A stretch of DNA of 64,000 nt from the human T2T-CHM13v2.0 reference genome, Homo sapiens. The position numbers were made by a program, and so were the translations under genes. Below the pieces are notes generated by a model. That model did no database searches. It saw only the letters and a program-made list of their open reading frames with translations, and had not been told where the DNA came from. Shown one piece after another: positions 31,934 to 46,449 of the stretch. Within the stretch, counting starts at the first letter, position 1, and every line of letters starts with the position of its first letter. The stretch lies in NCBI RefSeq assembly GCF_009914755.1, contig NC_060948.1, one strand, 5' to 3'.

Positions 31934-34084
31934 CATGGCTCTATTTTGAAGTATGTTCTTTTGATTCCTAGTTTCTTGAGTGTTTTTTTTTAATCAAGAA
32001 AGATGTTGAATTTTATCAAAAGCTTTTGTTTTCTGCATCTATTGAGATGATCATGTGGTTTTTGTTTAATTCTGTTTGTGTGGTGAATCACATTTATTGG
32101 TTTGCATATGCTGAACCTTGTATCCTTGGAATGAAGCTTACTTGATTGTGAACTTTTTGATGTGCTGTCGGATTTGGCTGTTATCCTGATGGGGCTACCT
32201 TTGCGTGTGATCTGGCCTTTTTCTCCGGTGCCTTTAGGGCTTTTTCTTTGACAGTGACCTTGGACAGTCTGGTGAGTATATGCCTTGGTAATGTTCATTT
32301 TTTATAGTATCTCACAGGTGCCATCTGGCTTTATTGTACTTAGATGTCTATCTAGCAAGATTCAAGAAATTTTCTTGAATTATTCCATCAAATTTGTTTT
32401 CCAGGCAGTTTTCTTTTTCTCTTTCTAGGGCATGCCTGTAATTCGTAGGTTTGGTCACTTTACATAATCTAATATTTCTGACTTTCTTCACTTTTAAAAA
32501 ATATTTCTTCTTTATTTTTGTCTGATGATTAGTTCAAAAGACCAGTCTTCAAGCTCTGAAATTATGTTGTCTACTTTGTCCAGTCTGTTGATAAAGTTTT
32601 CAGTTGTATTTTGAAATTCCTTAAGTGAGTTTTTTTAATTCTAGAAGTTCTGATTGATTTCTTATTAAGATGTTTATCTCTTCCTTCATTTCCCAGATTG
32701 ATGTAGAAGTTTCTTTTTGTTGATTTCAACCTTGAATCTCATTGAGCTTCCTTGCAACCCAAGCTTTGAATTGTTTATTGTCATCTCTGAGTTTTCAATT
32801 TGGTAGGAAGCATTGCCAGAGAGCTCGTGTGATCCTTTGGCAGTGTCACTGCATTCAGATTTCTCATGGTGCCAAAATTCTTGCGTGGGTCCTTCTCATC
32901 TGGAGATGCTAGCACTTCTAATTAGTGTAATTATTTTTGTTTTGGTAGGATTTTTCTCTTTTTTTTCCTTTCCTATAATATTATTGTTATTTTTTTCTTC
33001 TTTCCCTTTCCCTCCTCCCTAGGGGGTGTGACTGTAGAGCATGCTAGGTAGGGCCTTTTGGCTTTGCTTCTGCCGCCGTATGCACTTCTGCCAGCAGGTT
33101 TTATGTTGGGTGTGTGGTATGACCTACAAGCCAGTAGATGGCGCCATGGGTAAGAGCTGGCTGTTGCCAGTGCTGCTGGCTGTGTACTTCATCCTTGTTT
33201 ATTGGGAGGAGCTCTCTGTTGCCCCAGGCAATGGGCTGAAATCCCGAGTACACATTAATCTGAGCTCCCTCAGCCCTAGGGGTAGGGGGATTGGGGGCAC
33301 AAGATGGGTGCAGCCAGATAGGGAAGATTCCCCCAGTGTTGTCCTGCTCCCAGTCCAGGTTTGGGAAAATGCTGGCAGCGTTTCCCTGTGTCTTTCCCCC
33401 ACAAAGTCTCCAAGTCTCTTCTCAAATGAGCTCCAAGGCTTGGGAAAAACAATCTCTTCCTCTGCCCGGGTTGCATGGATCTCCAGTGGAAAGGTGAGAC
33501 AGAGGGATGCTGTCTGCCTTTCTCACATACTGAGGCTTTACTCACTTTTATCAGTCGAATGCTGTCCTGAGGGCTGCGTGCCTGCATTGTCCTCCCCGGG
33601 ATCTGGGATGTCCTTCATAATTCTGGGGAATTGCCATTTTCTTTCTTGAATTAAAGCTCACAGAGTTGGTCTTTATGTACTTGCTTGGTATTTCCAAATG
33701 ACTGAGGCATGCTAAAAGCCTGTAATCTGCCATCTATTAAAAAACATCCTTGAATCCTTAAGAGAAATGGCACTTGGTGTTGATACATGGTGTTTCTACA
33801 TTGCTGAATTCACTTTGAAAATATATGTATATTTTTAAATCTACATTTATACGTGAGACTGGTGTAAAAATATCTTTTCTTCTACTGTATTTGTGCAATT
33901 TTGGAATCAGTTATATTAATGTACTAAATGAGTTGGGAATTTTTCTTTTTTACTGTTATCCAAAAAAATTATAAAAGACATGAATTGTTACTTTCTTATA
34001 GATTTAGTAAAAACCTCATCGTGTCCTTTTGTGGAGAGATGGTGAGAGATATTTTTACTGTAGACGTAATTTGACTATTTTTCA

Positions 34085-34182
34085 CCTGTGAGGTGGAGAT
34101 TGCAGTTAGCCAAGATTGTGCCACTGCACTCCAGCCTGCATGACACAGCAAGACCATGTCTCAAAAAAAAAAAAGAAAGAAA
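34085..34182 (+). mobile_element. Alu right-arm 3' fragment
   Basis: gaggtggagattgcagttagccaagatt...tctcaaaaa. Confidence 0.9.
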
Positions 34183-34267
34183 ATCAAGTTAAAATGCACT
34201 CCTTGAATATTTCTGAGTGTATTTTTATACCATGTAGGTTCTTGAACTAACTTCTTTTCTTTTCTAG

Positions 34268-34329
34268 GAAGAACCAGAACTATGGTTTGTGCCTTCCTTA
34301 TTGCCTCTGACATATTTTTAACTGCAGAG
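34268..34329 (+). pseudogene. TPTE2P4: TPTE2-like exon (GRTRTMVCAFLIASDIFLTAE), donor lost
   Basis: ttctag|GAAGAACC...GCAGAG followed by ttatga instead of gtatga. Confidence 0.93.
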
Positions 34330-35347
34330 TTATGAAAGAGGTTCTACAAACTTTGTCTTAGGATGTTTGAGTTTGCTAGTTCTGAAACATCACTGATAGG
34401 ACGTAAAGATTATTATTTGAGTCATGGTGCTTAGTAAAATTGTAATTAGAGAAGCAGTCTTTAGAAAGTCTGTTTTTGATACTTTCTTGTTTAACGTGCA
34501 CTAGTTAGTAGCTGACTTCAGAATCTCTTTGGGCCAGGACTAGAGTTAGGTCAATGAGGTGCAAAATTTAATGGAATGCTAAAAATTGTAATAATTAAAA
34601 TAAATAATTTTAATGTAACATTTTAATAAAAATTAATGCAAAAAATCTATGATGTATACAATATCAACATGTTAAATAAAGACAAGACCTGATGGGACAG
34701 GATTAAGGTGAGGGGAGTAAAGCCATGTTACAGAGAAAAAAACATACAGTAATCAAGATGCTTCCCTCACTTCACCTGGCCCTGCTCTTACTCCTGCCAG
34801 TACCATGACTTCTTCCTTCCTTGTGAGAATAGTAACAAGTTCAATTAGATAAATTCTCCAAAGAGCGTTGCCCATCCTCACAACTCTTAGGTAGATAAAA
34901 AGCAACATTTCACAACTCAAAACAAAGCCTCTCCTCAATGTAAATATCTTCGCTTAGTCAGTACATGTAGAGTCTGTGACCTCTAAAAATTTCTGATAAG
35001 ACCAGATGGGCTGTTTCCACTTAAAGCAGAATTCTCTGTCATTTTCCTTTCTGCCATTTTCCTGCTGAGATGCTACCATTTCCAGCAGCTCTGCTCGAGT
35101 TGTTTGGCCTCAGTCTAGGGAAGAGGTGGTGGTTGTGCACAATGCCCAGACTCCAATTCCACCACCTTTGGTTTCTCTAATTTGAGATGCACAGATTTTG
35201 AAAATGGTTGTTCTAAGATAGTGTTTTTCAAGCTATGGATCATGATTTATCAGTAAGTTTTAAAATAAAGTTACTGTATTGTAACTGACATCTTTTGAAA
35301 ATAAAATGAATAGAGCAGAATAGAAAATATCAAAAGGTTTAAATATT

Positions 35348-35348
<1 letters not shown>

Positions 35349-35392
<44 letters not shown>
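35349..35392. repeat. (GT)22 microsatellite
   Basis: Read directly. Confidence 0.97.
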
Positions 35393-35393
<1 letters not shown>

Positions 35394-35715
35394 TCCTAGA
35401 TTTATTAATGTGGATTGCAACTTAAAAAACAAAAGGTTTGAAAGTCATTGACAGCCATTGATCCAGAGCCCTAGACTGAGACCCAGGGACCTGTATGCAA
35501 GGCCTGTGCTGCTTCTAACTGACTGCAGCATCTCCTTGGCAGTTTGCTTGGTTTTGTTTTGGTCTCGGTGTTGTCATTTGTAATATGGAAAGAAGGGTTG
35601 GACCAGATGCTTTCTAAGGTGTTTCCAGCTCTAAAATTTTATGAATGTATGAATCCTTGAATGAAAGAAGTCCTAATTTTGTTATTTTTGGTAGCTTCTG
35701 CCCAAAGATCACTGC

Positions 35716-36022
35716 AGCTGGGCACGGGTGGCTCATGCCTGTAATCCCAGCACTTTGCGGGGCTGAGGCAGGTGGATCTCTTGAGGTCAGGAGTTTGAGA
35801 GCAGCTTGGCCAACATGGTGAAGCCCCTATCGCTACTAAAAATACAAAAAATTTGCTGGGCGTGGTGGTACACACCTGTAGTCCCAGCTACTCAGAAGGC
35901 TGAGGTGGTAGAATCACTTGAACCCAGGAGGCAGAGGTTGCAGTCAGCTTAGATCCTGCCACTGTACTCCAGTCTGGGTTGCAGAGCGACTCTACCAAAA
36001 AACAAACAAACAAACAAACAAA
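35716..36022 (+). mobile_element. AluS
   Basis: Full dimer, (AAAC)n tail; TSD aa.atcactg. Confidence 0.95.
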
Positions 36023-36129
36023 ATCACTGACTTTAGGAAAGAAGGTGGGCATAGAAACACTAAGGGTACCTAATACAGGAAAGGAAAGAGTGCAGATGAA
36101 CCATGGTTGGATTGTACCCTTTTTTGTAG

Positions 36130-36211
36130 GAAAGCTGGTATTATTTTGGAGAAAGGCAAAGAGATAAAACCCACAGCAAAAAAATTTCAGGGAGTAGAAA
36201 CTCCTTCTCAG
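36130..36211 (+). pseudogene. TPTE2P4: TPTE2-like exon (ESWYYFGERQRDKTHSK / KFQGVETPSQ) with +1 frameshift
   Basis: tgtag|GAAAGC...CTCAG|gtaagt; 82 nt where 27 codons need 81; A7 run at 36178-36184. Confidence 0.93.
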
Positions 36212-37419
36212 GTAAGTTTTCTTTTTAAAAATGGGAGTTTTTTTTAGGGGAGTGGGTTCAGATTGCCACCTGTTATTTGGTTTCATTTTAGACTCTTCTC
36301 CTTTGGTGATCAGGCAGCAGCAGTTGGGTGCCCTGCAACAGGCCTTGGTCCCTCCCTGAGTCTGAGGGTCACGCTTCAGGTGCTGCCCACATGCTGGGGA
36401 CTCTGGCTTCTCTTCAGAGAATCCTGCTTTCTATTCTATACTGGTTATTGTTTACGGAGCTCAGGAGTTGATTATTTTCCCAAAGTAGGAAAGGTCCAGT
36501 ACGCATGGCTCCAGGACTCTGAAGTGTGTCTAAAATCACCAGCCTTTGATTTCAATGTAAAAAAGATCCAAGTCTTTCACAAACCATTACTAGGGCAATT
36601 CAACCCTTGCAGAACATCACAAAGACTGTTTTTGGATGACTCCTGGTGTGTATGTGTGTGTGTGTGTGTCTTTTCTGTGTGTTGTGGGGGAGGTGTATTT
36701 TAAAAAAGAAAAGGGGAAATAAACTTTTCAAAACCCCTTCTGTATCCCAGACAGTATTGCACTTTTACATATCTCACTTAATATCCATAACACCTATATG
36801 AAATATACACTGTTACTCTGTTTTTCTTTTAGAAACATTTTGTTATGGAAAATTTTAATCATATACAAAAGTCCAGAGAATCATACACTATATCCTCATG
36901 TAGTCATCACATTGCTGCAGCAGTCATTTCAGGCAGCTCCAGCCACGTTTCATCCATTCTTCCCCACTCCACTCACACCCCCCAACCCCACTCTCCACTC
37001 TTGCTTTCCCTAAATCTGAGTTATTGTAAAGGAAATTTCAGTCATCAGATCATTTTATCCCACAGCATTTTAGTATGACATTTAAGTACTCTTAAAACAA
37101 CAACAACAAACCTTAACACTTTTTATTGTATCTAAAAATATTATACCTTAAAAATCCTTCATATCAAATTTGTAGTCCATGTTTGTTTCCAAAATTGTCT
37201 TAAAATCTTTGAAAATTTAGTTTGTTTAATCAGAATTCAAACAAAGTCCACACATTTCATGTGGTTGCTGTGTCTCCTAAGTTTCTTTTAAGAATCTAAG
37301 TTCATAGATTTCTCACCATTTTTTATTACTTGAAATTTGTTTATTGCAGAAACCAGGATGTTTATCCTATAGCATTTACAACATTCTAGACTTTGGTGAA
37401 CTATCCTAAGGGTCTCTAT

Positions 37420-37570
37420 TCACTATCTCATTTAATATTCTCAGTAACTCTATGAGTAGGCACTACTATGATTCTCATCTTATAAATTAGAAAATTGAGG
37501 CTCAGAGAAAGTAACCTTTGAACAAAGGACTGAAATCTAGATGTCAGTCTCTGAAGCCCTTGCTGTGCAC
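37420..37570. mobile_element. MIR remnant
   Basis: tctcatttaatattctcagtaactctatgagtagg...gaaaattgaggctcagaga core. Confidence 0.75.
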
Positions 37571-38854
37571 AGCTTCTCATTTATATTGCCTTTTCTATAT
37601 TGCCCCTGAAACCGAAGTGAGAGCGGGTTGGGAATTCCTAAATGGATTTGGATGTGGCTGTAAATGAGTTTTTCTTTAAGTGATGGGAGCTGAGTAGAAG
37701 AACACTCTAACTACTGGCCCTAAACCTTTAGTTTGGGCCAGAAGAACTCAGCCTTATCCACTGTTACTTTTCTCCCACACCCAAGCCCCAAACAAAACAA
37801 AACAAAGACAGTCATAGACTCTAAGCTAAAAGTGATAGGTGAATTTACTGAAGTGCAGCCCTAATCATGCCATTTCCATGCTCAAAATCCATACTATGTC
37901 CCCACTGCCAATGGCAATAACATAAACGTTTCAACCTGGCACTCAAGAGCCACACTTTGACTTTTCCAGCCTTCTCTTCCACTATGTGCATCACACATCC
38001 CATACTCCAACACATTTAGACTGTGTGCTCTTTCCTAGCCTATGGACATTTGATACCCTCATGCCATTGCTCATGCCCCTTTTCCTAGAGTCCCTTTCCC
38101 TTCTCAGCCTGAAGTAGTCTCTTGCTTTTTCAATTCTTAGAGCCCTTTGTGTTTCTCTTAGGGACTATGTTACTTTGCATCATTCTCTAGTTATTTGAAG
38201 TGGTGACTTCTGTATCCCCTTTAAAGGCAAAGCCCATGGCTTACGCATCTTTCCACCCTTTTCTCATAATATTTTCTTTGTTTGTAGTGAGGGCCTCCTA
38301 TGTGTTGGCTGTATTAATTTCTACTACAAGTCCATGTTCTTTTAAGTTGTAGGAGAAGGAAGCATGGGAGCACAAGAAGCTTGAGGGCCCTGGTGGTTTA
38401 CATCCCTTAGGGAAAGGTGGAGAATCTAGCGGCAGAAACTAAGGGGATGCTCGATGGAGCTCTTTCAACAACTCTCCCTACACATCTCCCCATCCCCATT
38501 TCTTCTGCAGTCATGCATAGTTTCCCTAACTTTAGTCCAGAACTAGAACACCAAAGGCTGCAATTGAATCTCTTCTGATTCACTGAAAAAGCAACACAGG
38601 GACTCAGCTGCAAGTTTGAGAGCTGTGTTGGCAAGACCTCAGGACAGAGTGCCCTCTGTGTCTGGTGGTGATTCTCAGACACCATCACATTCTTATACTG
38701 CATTGTGGGCCATTCTACTGACTAAATCTGCTTCTGTGTTAAGGACTTTCATGAACCTGTCTCATGACTGGCCCTTTCTAAAGGGAAGTATGGGAGTTAG
38801 TTACTTTAATGCACATTTCCCAATGGGTAAGGAACAGTCTGTGAACTTGTGAGT

Positions 38855-39167
38855 TTTGTTTTGTTTTGTTTTGTTTTTAATTTTTGAGACAGAGTCTCGC
38901 TCTGTTGCCCAGACTAGAGCTCAGTGGTGCAATCTCAGCTCACCACAACGTCGACCTCTTGGGTTCAAGCAATCCTCCTGCCTCAGCCTCCCAAGTGGCT
39001 GGGATTATAGGTGCCCATCACCACTCATGGCCTATTTTTGTACTTTTAGTAGAGACAGGGTTTCACCCTGTTGGCGAGGCTGGTCTCAAACTCCTGATGC
39101 CATGTGATCTGCCCACTTCGGCCTCCCGAAGTGCTGGGATTACTGGCGGGAGCCACCATGATGGCCA
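38855..39167 (-). mobile_element. AluS
   Basis: Full antisense dimer. Confidence 0.95.
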
Positions 39168-39811
39168 ACTTTTGAATTCTGAACCAGTTGATTGAGTACC
39201 AGAGCTCTTCAATTACCTTGAAGAAGGATTCGGGGGAGAGCTGTTGTGAACAGCTTGCCCCAGGGAAAGGACAAGGCTAAGAGAATTTCAGGGCTTCCTT
39301 GAGAAAACAGAATTGAGGAAATGCAAAGTGAAGAAATTCTAGCTGTCAGGAACAACAGAAGAATGACGGGAAACCTGCTATTGAGGTTTGGAGGTATTCC
39401 TCTGGAGTTTTCACTTATACCATTCTCTCATGCCCAGGAAGCTGCTCTTCATGAAACCACAAGGCTTCCTCTAACTCAGTCACAACTAAGCTTCTCTCTG
39501 GACACTGATGATGCTGTAACTGTTTTGTTGTGCTTCTGATTAGTTGCCCTCTAAACCATAAGCAGCCTATAAACAGGGCCTGGCTCCATCCTTGTTACTT
39601 CCCCATTGCACTGAATTCAGTATTTTTCCCTCAAGGTAGATAGTTGTGGGGCAGCATCCCTAAAAATGTCTAGTTATATAATGTCATCCAGTAAATGTTT
39701 TCTTAATTACTTACCTCCATTACCAAGCTTTATGCAAAAAAAAAATAAAAAAGGAATCCTGACTTTAGACTTATCATCTCCACTTAAAGGAAGATTTCTG
39801 TTGCTTTTCAG

Positions 39812-39917
39812 AATAGATATGTCGGATATTTTGCACAAGTGAAACATCTCTACAACTGGAATCTCTCTCCAAGACGGATACTCTTTATAAAAAGATTCAT
39901 TATTTATTCGATTCGTG
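39812..39917 (+). pseudogene. TPTE2P4: TPTE2-like exon ([35 protein letters not shown])
   Basis: tttcag|AATAGA...CGTG|gtaaat; 106 nt. Confidence 0.95.
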
Positions 39918-41165
39918 GTAAATGCTTTACGTATAATTGAAGAATTGGGCGGGAGGGCCAATGTTCCCACTCTAGGAAGGTTTTGCTCATAGTTGTATTT
40001 ACAGATGATCCTAACTCATACCTGTCTTTTTACATATCCTCACACAGGAACTCCTCCTTATTTATGCCGCTCCTCCTGCAATTGCCCATTGATTGCCAGC
40101 CCTTAGATGTTCTTCACTTTTTCTTTTCCATCACCAATTTGGGGGACTTCATCCCCTTCCCATCTCTCCTGTTCTCATTGCTCCTCTGGTCTCAACCCAG
40201 GATGGACTTTTCCAGGCAGGGGGAGCCTCTGATGAGGGAGGAGGAGGACCCATGTGCCCTCAAGCCTGCTTATTTCTCAGAACCACCTCTAGTTCAGAGT
40301 TTACCTTGGTGGAGGTGTCTTCGTATCGTATCATTTTCTCACCTTCTTTTAGAGGCATATTTTTTTCTCATCACCCTGGGCTCTCCCTTTCCCCTCTCTC
40401 CTCCATCTGTAACCCTCTCACTCCCAGCTTACACTCAGGGGAGGCGGGAAAGCAGGTTGTGTCTGTGTGGAAGGGATGGGGCCTCACCACTCCCAATGCC
40501 GGAGAGGTAGCAGGGAGGTGATGCTTCGGAACCCCTAAAGCAAACCTATTCTATCAGCCAGCTTGTGGACCTGAGATGGTGTCAGTGCTGGATGCTATAG
40601 GTGCCATGGGGTCAGGATGCTGGTGTCCACACAGACAGCCTAGTATTTTTAGCGTTCTGAGTTTAGTTCTACATTTCACTGATTTCTGGTAGACATCAAT
40701 AGAAAGAAGTTCTGCACCTGGAATGGGAAAGAGGGAACTGAGGCAAGAAACTGTGATTTCTAATGACAAATGAATATCATGGTGTTAGTGAAAACAAAAT
40801 TACATGAAAGCAAACAGCATATGAGATGAACAAAGATAATTAATACACTAGTTTATTAAAATATTTGTTTTAATTCTCTACCTTTAGTTTTGTGAATATT
40901 TAAATTAAAATTAATATAGAGTTGAGAGGAAAGCAATAAAAAATTAATTGAGAAACCAAGTCTTTGAGGAAATGCTAAGGGAAGTGGTTCATTTGAATTG
41001 GAAAAAAAGGAACAAAAAAGCCTTTGTCTGTAAATATATACTGAACACCACTGGAATTTTTGGATATAACTATCCTATATTTTTATAGAGATTTCTTCAG
41101 GAACTGGCCTTAAAGTAGGGCCAAAGTAGTTAAATGACAGTATTTATTATTAAGAATCATTATGA

Positions 41166-41583
<418 letters not shown>

Positions 41584-41834
41584 TAAGTCTTCAAAGCTGA
41601 ATTATATGTATTTTTTTTTCTTCTCTCACCTTATAAAATCTGCTTTAGGAGACAGAACTGGGCTTGAAGCCTTATCTTTCAAAGACAAAATCCATGCAGG
41701 ACTAAATAAGTAACTATTGATACATTGTTAGCTTGGATAATTTTTTCTCTTTTTAATCCATGATGTTAATTTGTGAGACATATTGATGTTCACGCTAGCC
41801 AACCTAACTTTTTAATTTCATTTTGTTGGAACAG

Positions 41835-41914
41835 GTTATGTACATGATCTAAAAGTCCAAATAGTAATGGAGAAAAAGGTTGTCTTTTCCGGTACTTCAT
41901 TAGGAAATTGTTCA
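41835..41914 (+). pseudogene. TPTE2P4: TPTE2-like exon ([27 protein letters not shown])
   Basis: gaacag|GTTATG...TGTTCA|gtaaga; 80 nt. Confidence 0.9.
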
Positions 41915-43659
41915 GTAAGAGAAAACATGTGAATTGAAAAAATCTGATGTTTGTTTTAAGGCTGAATGTCAAACCAGCAATGTTCACCTCCCTAAACTAT
42001 CACTCACTATAAAGAGATTTTGTAACACTTTCTGGTTACCATCCAACTTGGTGTCACTGGGTTTGGATGCAAACCAGAGGTAAATTAACCTGTTTGTTCA
42101 AAACAGTTTTTTCAGGGTGCTTTCCAGAATTTATTTCTGGTCAGTGTTGCTTTGCCTTTCACACTTCCACAAATGCTGAGCATGTTCCCAGGAATGTATT
42201 AAGGATTTTAATTTACATATCTGGTCATTTTTAGCCATATTCTCTTCTTCTCAGTCATTTGATCTTTTGTTATATAGCACTGATTCTAAAAGTTTAGTGT
42301 GCGTGAGAACTACTGAGGAGCTTGTAAAGATTTACATTCCTAGGTTGTACCCCCAAAATATGATTCGGGAAATCTGGAATGGGGCCCAGTAATCTATAGA
42401 CTTAGTAATGTCCCAAGTGATTCTACGTCAGAGGTTCTGTGGGATGACCCTGTGAGAAACAATCCAAGAGTGAATGAACTGGGGAGGAACCTCTTTATCC
42501 AAAGCAAAAGGGACCTGGTAGTCAATGTTTTGCTGCAGTGAAGAAATGCCTAAAACTATATACCTTTTCTGAAACAGTAGGAAAGCATCCTTCATGTTCT
42601 AATAACCATAAACTTTTAGAATTCCTACCCAGGCCTTTGTCTCAAATTCTCCTATTACTAACCCTATTCCCTGCCATGCCGTCCCCACTCTGCCCTGGCT
42701 TTTTTGGCCTCTCCCAACTGAGAGCATTCACGCAGGCCTGACCCTTGGCTTTCTGTTCTTAGCAAATGCTTTATTCTTAAAGGATGACCCATTCCCCTTA
42801 CTTCAACTATTATTTGTTCACTTACTCATAACAACTCATAACAGCTATTTATGAGCACCCACTGAGTTGTAGATGCAGGAGCTACAACATGAACAGTTTC
42901 CACTCCAACTCAAATGCATTAGCCAGTCTGAATTATCAAGGAGCTTTCTTTCTGCTTCTGCAAATGGCACCAGCATTCTTCCACTCATGCCTTGGGCTTT
43001 GATTCTCTTTGCCTCAGCCCCCTAAATCTAGTTAGTCATCAATCTATGTTGATTATGCCTTTCATAGTTTTCTATGTTCTCCTTCCTTTCTGTTCTCACT
43101 GCCACTAATTGTCCAGAATCTCCTTTTCTCATGCCTAGATTTCTGCAGTGGTCTCCTTACCTTTTCTTTCTCCTTCTATAATGCATTGTATAGAATCCTG
43201 AAATATGCATCCTGATATATTGCTCTCTTTGTGAAAAATTGTAGGTAGAGCAGAAGACACACTGTGTGCCTGTAATCAGAGCCAGTTAACACCTTTGGCT
43301 CAACATCCTTATCTGTAAAATAAATATCACATCTCAAGTGTAATGGGAATTAAATTAGATAATATATATAAAGGTTCTTTGTAAACTGTAAATCACTAAG
43401 TGTTATACGTGATAATTATCAGGCTTCTTTGTCACATAGGAAATGCTCCACCATATTTTTCAACAACTTCACTCTTATTTCCTTGGCTCTTGAGCTCTGA
43501 AGATATAGTAACCCTAACATAATACCTGAGCTTTTTTCCATCAGTAGCTTGGCCAGCAGACTTCATTCCAAATAAACTGGGTCATCCCTTTTGGCTCTTG
43601 GAACACAACTCTAGTTAGTTAGTTGGTTCTTTCTTTCTTTCATTCCTTTCTTCCTTTCC

Positions 43660-43898
43660 TTTTTTTTTTCTTGAGCCAGGGTCTCATTCTGTTACCCAGG
43701 CTGTAGTGCAGTGGCATGATCATGGCTACTGCAGCCTCAACCTCCTGAGCTCAAGCAATCCCCCAATTTCTTTTTATTTTTTGTAGAGGCTGGGACTTGC
43801 TATGTTGCCCAGGCTGGTCTCAGACTCCTCGGCACAAGCAGCCTGTCCACCTCAGCCTCGCAAGATGCTGGGATTATAAACATGAGTCACACTGCCCA
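43660..43898 (-). mobile_element. AluJ-like, internally deleted
   Basis: catgatcatggctactgcagcctcaacctcctgagctcaagc J-type text. Confidence 0.85.
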
Positions 43899-43922
43899 AC
43901 ATTGTTTGTTGTTATTTTTCAA

Positions 43923-44243
<321 letters not shown>

Positions 44244-45031
44244 CATTTTTCTAATTTCTACTTTGTGTTATTGCTGCTCTTTTTCCCTCCGTTTGGAGTA
44301 GAATCTGTTTTCAGAGCTGTTCTTCCTTTATCTAAACTGCTTCATGCCCAATTCAATTTCTACCTCCTTAATGAAATTTTTGCATTCTGCACCTTCTGTT
44401 AACTAGCCCCCAGTAGTGCATAACAGCACACCCAGTCTTTATCATACAGATTGAGTTATGTACCATTCTTCTATTGTTTCTTAAGTGTACAGCTCCTTGA
44501 AGGGGCCAACTGAGTCTGCACCTTCTTTTGTGTTTTTCACAGGGCCTAGCATAAACCTACCTTTCTTATTGTGGGTGCCATTATTTCTATGAGAATGATT
44601 CAAAGAACTAGTACAGCTTCAAAGTCATTCATTCCAAAACTTGAGCTATCTTTGGTCACTCCATCCAGCAGCCTGCACTGGTCAAGTTCAAAGATCCCAC
44701 TGACAAACACAAGAATTCTGATAAAACATGATGAGCAGGGGGACCCCACTGTCCCCCTCCCTTGGGAGGAGCATGCAGGCCCAACCCCCAAGTGTTACAG
44801 ACCCCCGTTGTTATTTTTTAAATTTAGAAAATAAAAAACCATGATAAGTTATGCATTGCTATTTGAATGTCAATGCTAGCGTTAAAATTGAGCTTCTTAA
44901 TGTATTCTCAGAAAAGGCCCTAACACGTGAAAATCAAATGACACACATTAAATAATAATATTTAATTGATTACACTCTAATGGAAAATTCAATACTTTTT
45001 AGAAGTGCGGCACTTTTGAAAAGTGACTCAT

Positions 45032-45305
45032 GGCTGGGCACGGTGGCCCATGCCTGTAATCCCAGCACTTTGGGAGGCCAGGGCAGGTGGATCACGAGGT
45101 CAAGAGATCGAGACCATCCTGGCCAACATGGTGAAACCCTGTCTCTACTAAAAATACAAAAATTAGCTGGGCATGGTGGCAAGTGCCTAGAGTCCCAACT
45201 ACTTGGGAGGCTAGGCTGAAGAATCAGCTGAACCTGGGAGGCAGAAGTTGCAGTGAGCTGAGATCATGCCACTGTAGCCTGGCAATAGATTGAGACTCTG
45301 TCTCA

Positions 45306-45337
<32 letters not shown>
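45032..45337 (+). mobile_element. AluS (Sc-like)
   Basis: ggatcacgaggtcaagagatcgagaccatcc. Confidence 0.95.
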
Positions 45338-45338
<1 letters not shown>

Positions 45339-45388
45339 TGGTTCATGATAACCCTCAAACATGTTGGCCTTTAAAAGACATAAACAAC

Positions 45389-45729
<341 letters not shown>

Positions 45730-45875
45730 TTATTAATAATTATTTATGTATGTAGTGATGGGGCTGTGAGACTAAAAGTACTTGATAAGTACAGGAAGTC
45801 ATGATAAGTGAAAAGGAACTTCATTGTTATCATTATCTAGGTTTATAGTTCTCAATTCCATGTGTTCATTCATAG

Positions 45876-45966
45876 ATATTGCATGACATTACAAGGCAAA
45901 GTATTAATTGATGTATTCGACAGTCCACCTCTGTATGATGATGTAAAAGTGCATTTTTTCTCTTCG
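45876..45966 (+). pseudogene. TPTE2P4: TPTE2-like exon (ILHDIT / GKVLIDVFDSPPLYDDVKVHFFSS) with 2-nt deletion
   Basis: catag|ATATTG...TCTTCG|gtgagt; 91 nt versus 93 expected; TGA at 45909-45911 when read in the starting frame. Confidence 0.92.
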
Positions 45967-46304
45967 GTGAGTAATCACAAAATAGCCTCTGCCATTGTTC
46001 TTGTCTGGTCTAATGATTTTATTTAAGATTGCTTTACTACATTTCCCAACAAGGGAGGGGTAGGGGGAAGACAATAATAAATTAGATCTATAACAAACTT
46101 TTAAAAAAGAGCATATGTAACTTAAATAATTTTTGTTCATTTTTTCTAAATTGTAAATTTTCTAATTTTTTCTAAATTTACATGTATTCTCAAATACAAA
46201 AAAATACAAAATAAACACAAAGAAGTAAAAGTCAAGATGCTAAAAAAAAAAAAACCCAAAGGTATGTTTTACTGCATAGCAATGATTACATTTTGCTTTG
46301 CATC

Positions 46305-46446
46305 TTTTTTAAAAAATTAAGAAATTGAGACAGGGTCTCACTCTGTCACCCAGGCTGGAGTGCAGTGGCGTGATCATAGCTAACTGTAGCTTCAACCTCC
46401 TGGGCTCAAGCAATCCTCCCACCTCAGCCTCCTGAGTAGCTGGGAG
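46305..46446 (-). mobile_element. AluJ right-arm fragment
   Basis: gagacagggtctcactctgtcacccagg...gagtagctggga. Confidence 0.9.
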
Positions 46447-46449
46447 CAC

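Noticed and set aside
33041-33649. 202-aa ORF, the longest in the track
   Set aside because: It lies in GC-rich, L1 5'-region-like repeat sequence with overlapping ORFs in several frames and no recognisable domain.
39983-40521. 175-aa and 142-aa overlapping ORFs
   Set aside because: Intronic, pyrimidine-rich and low complexity, with non-ATG starts and no recognisable homology.
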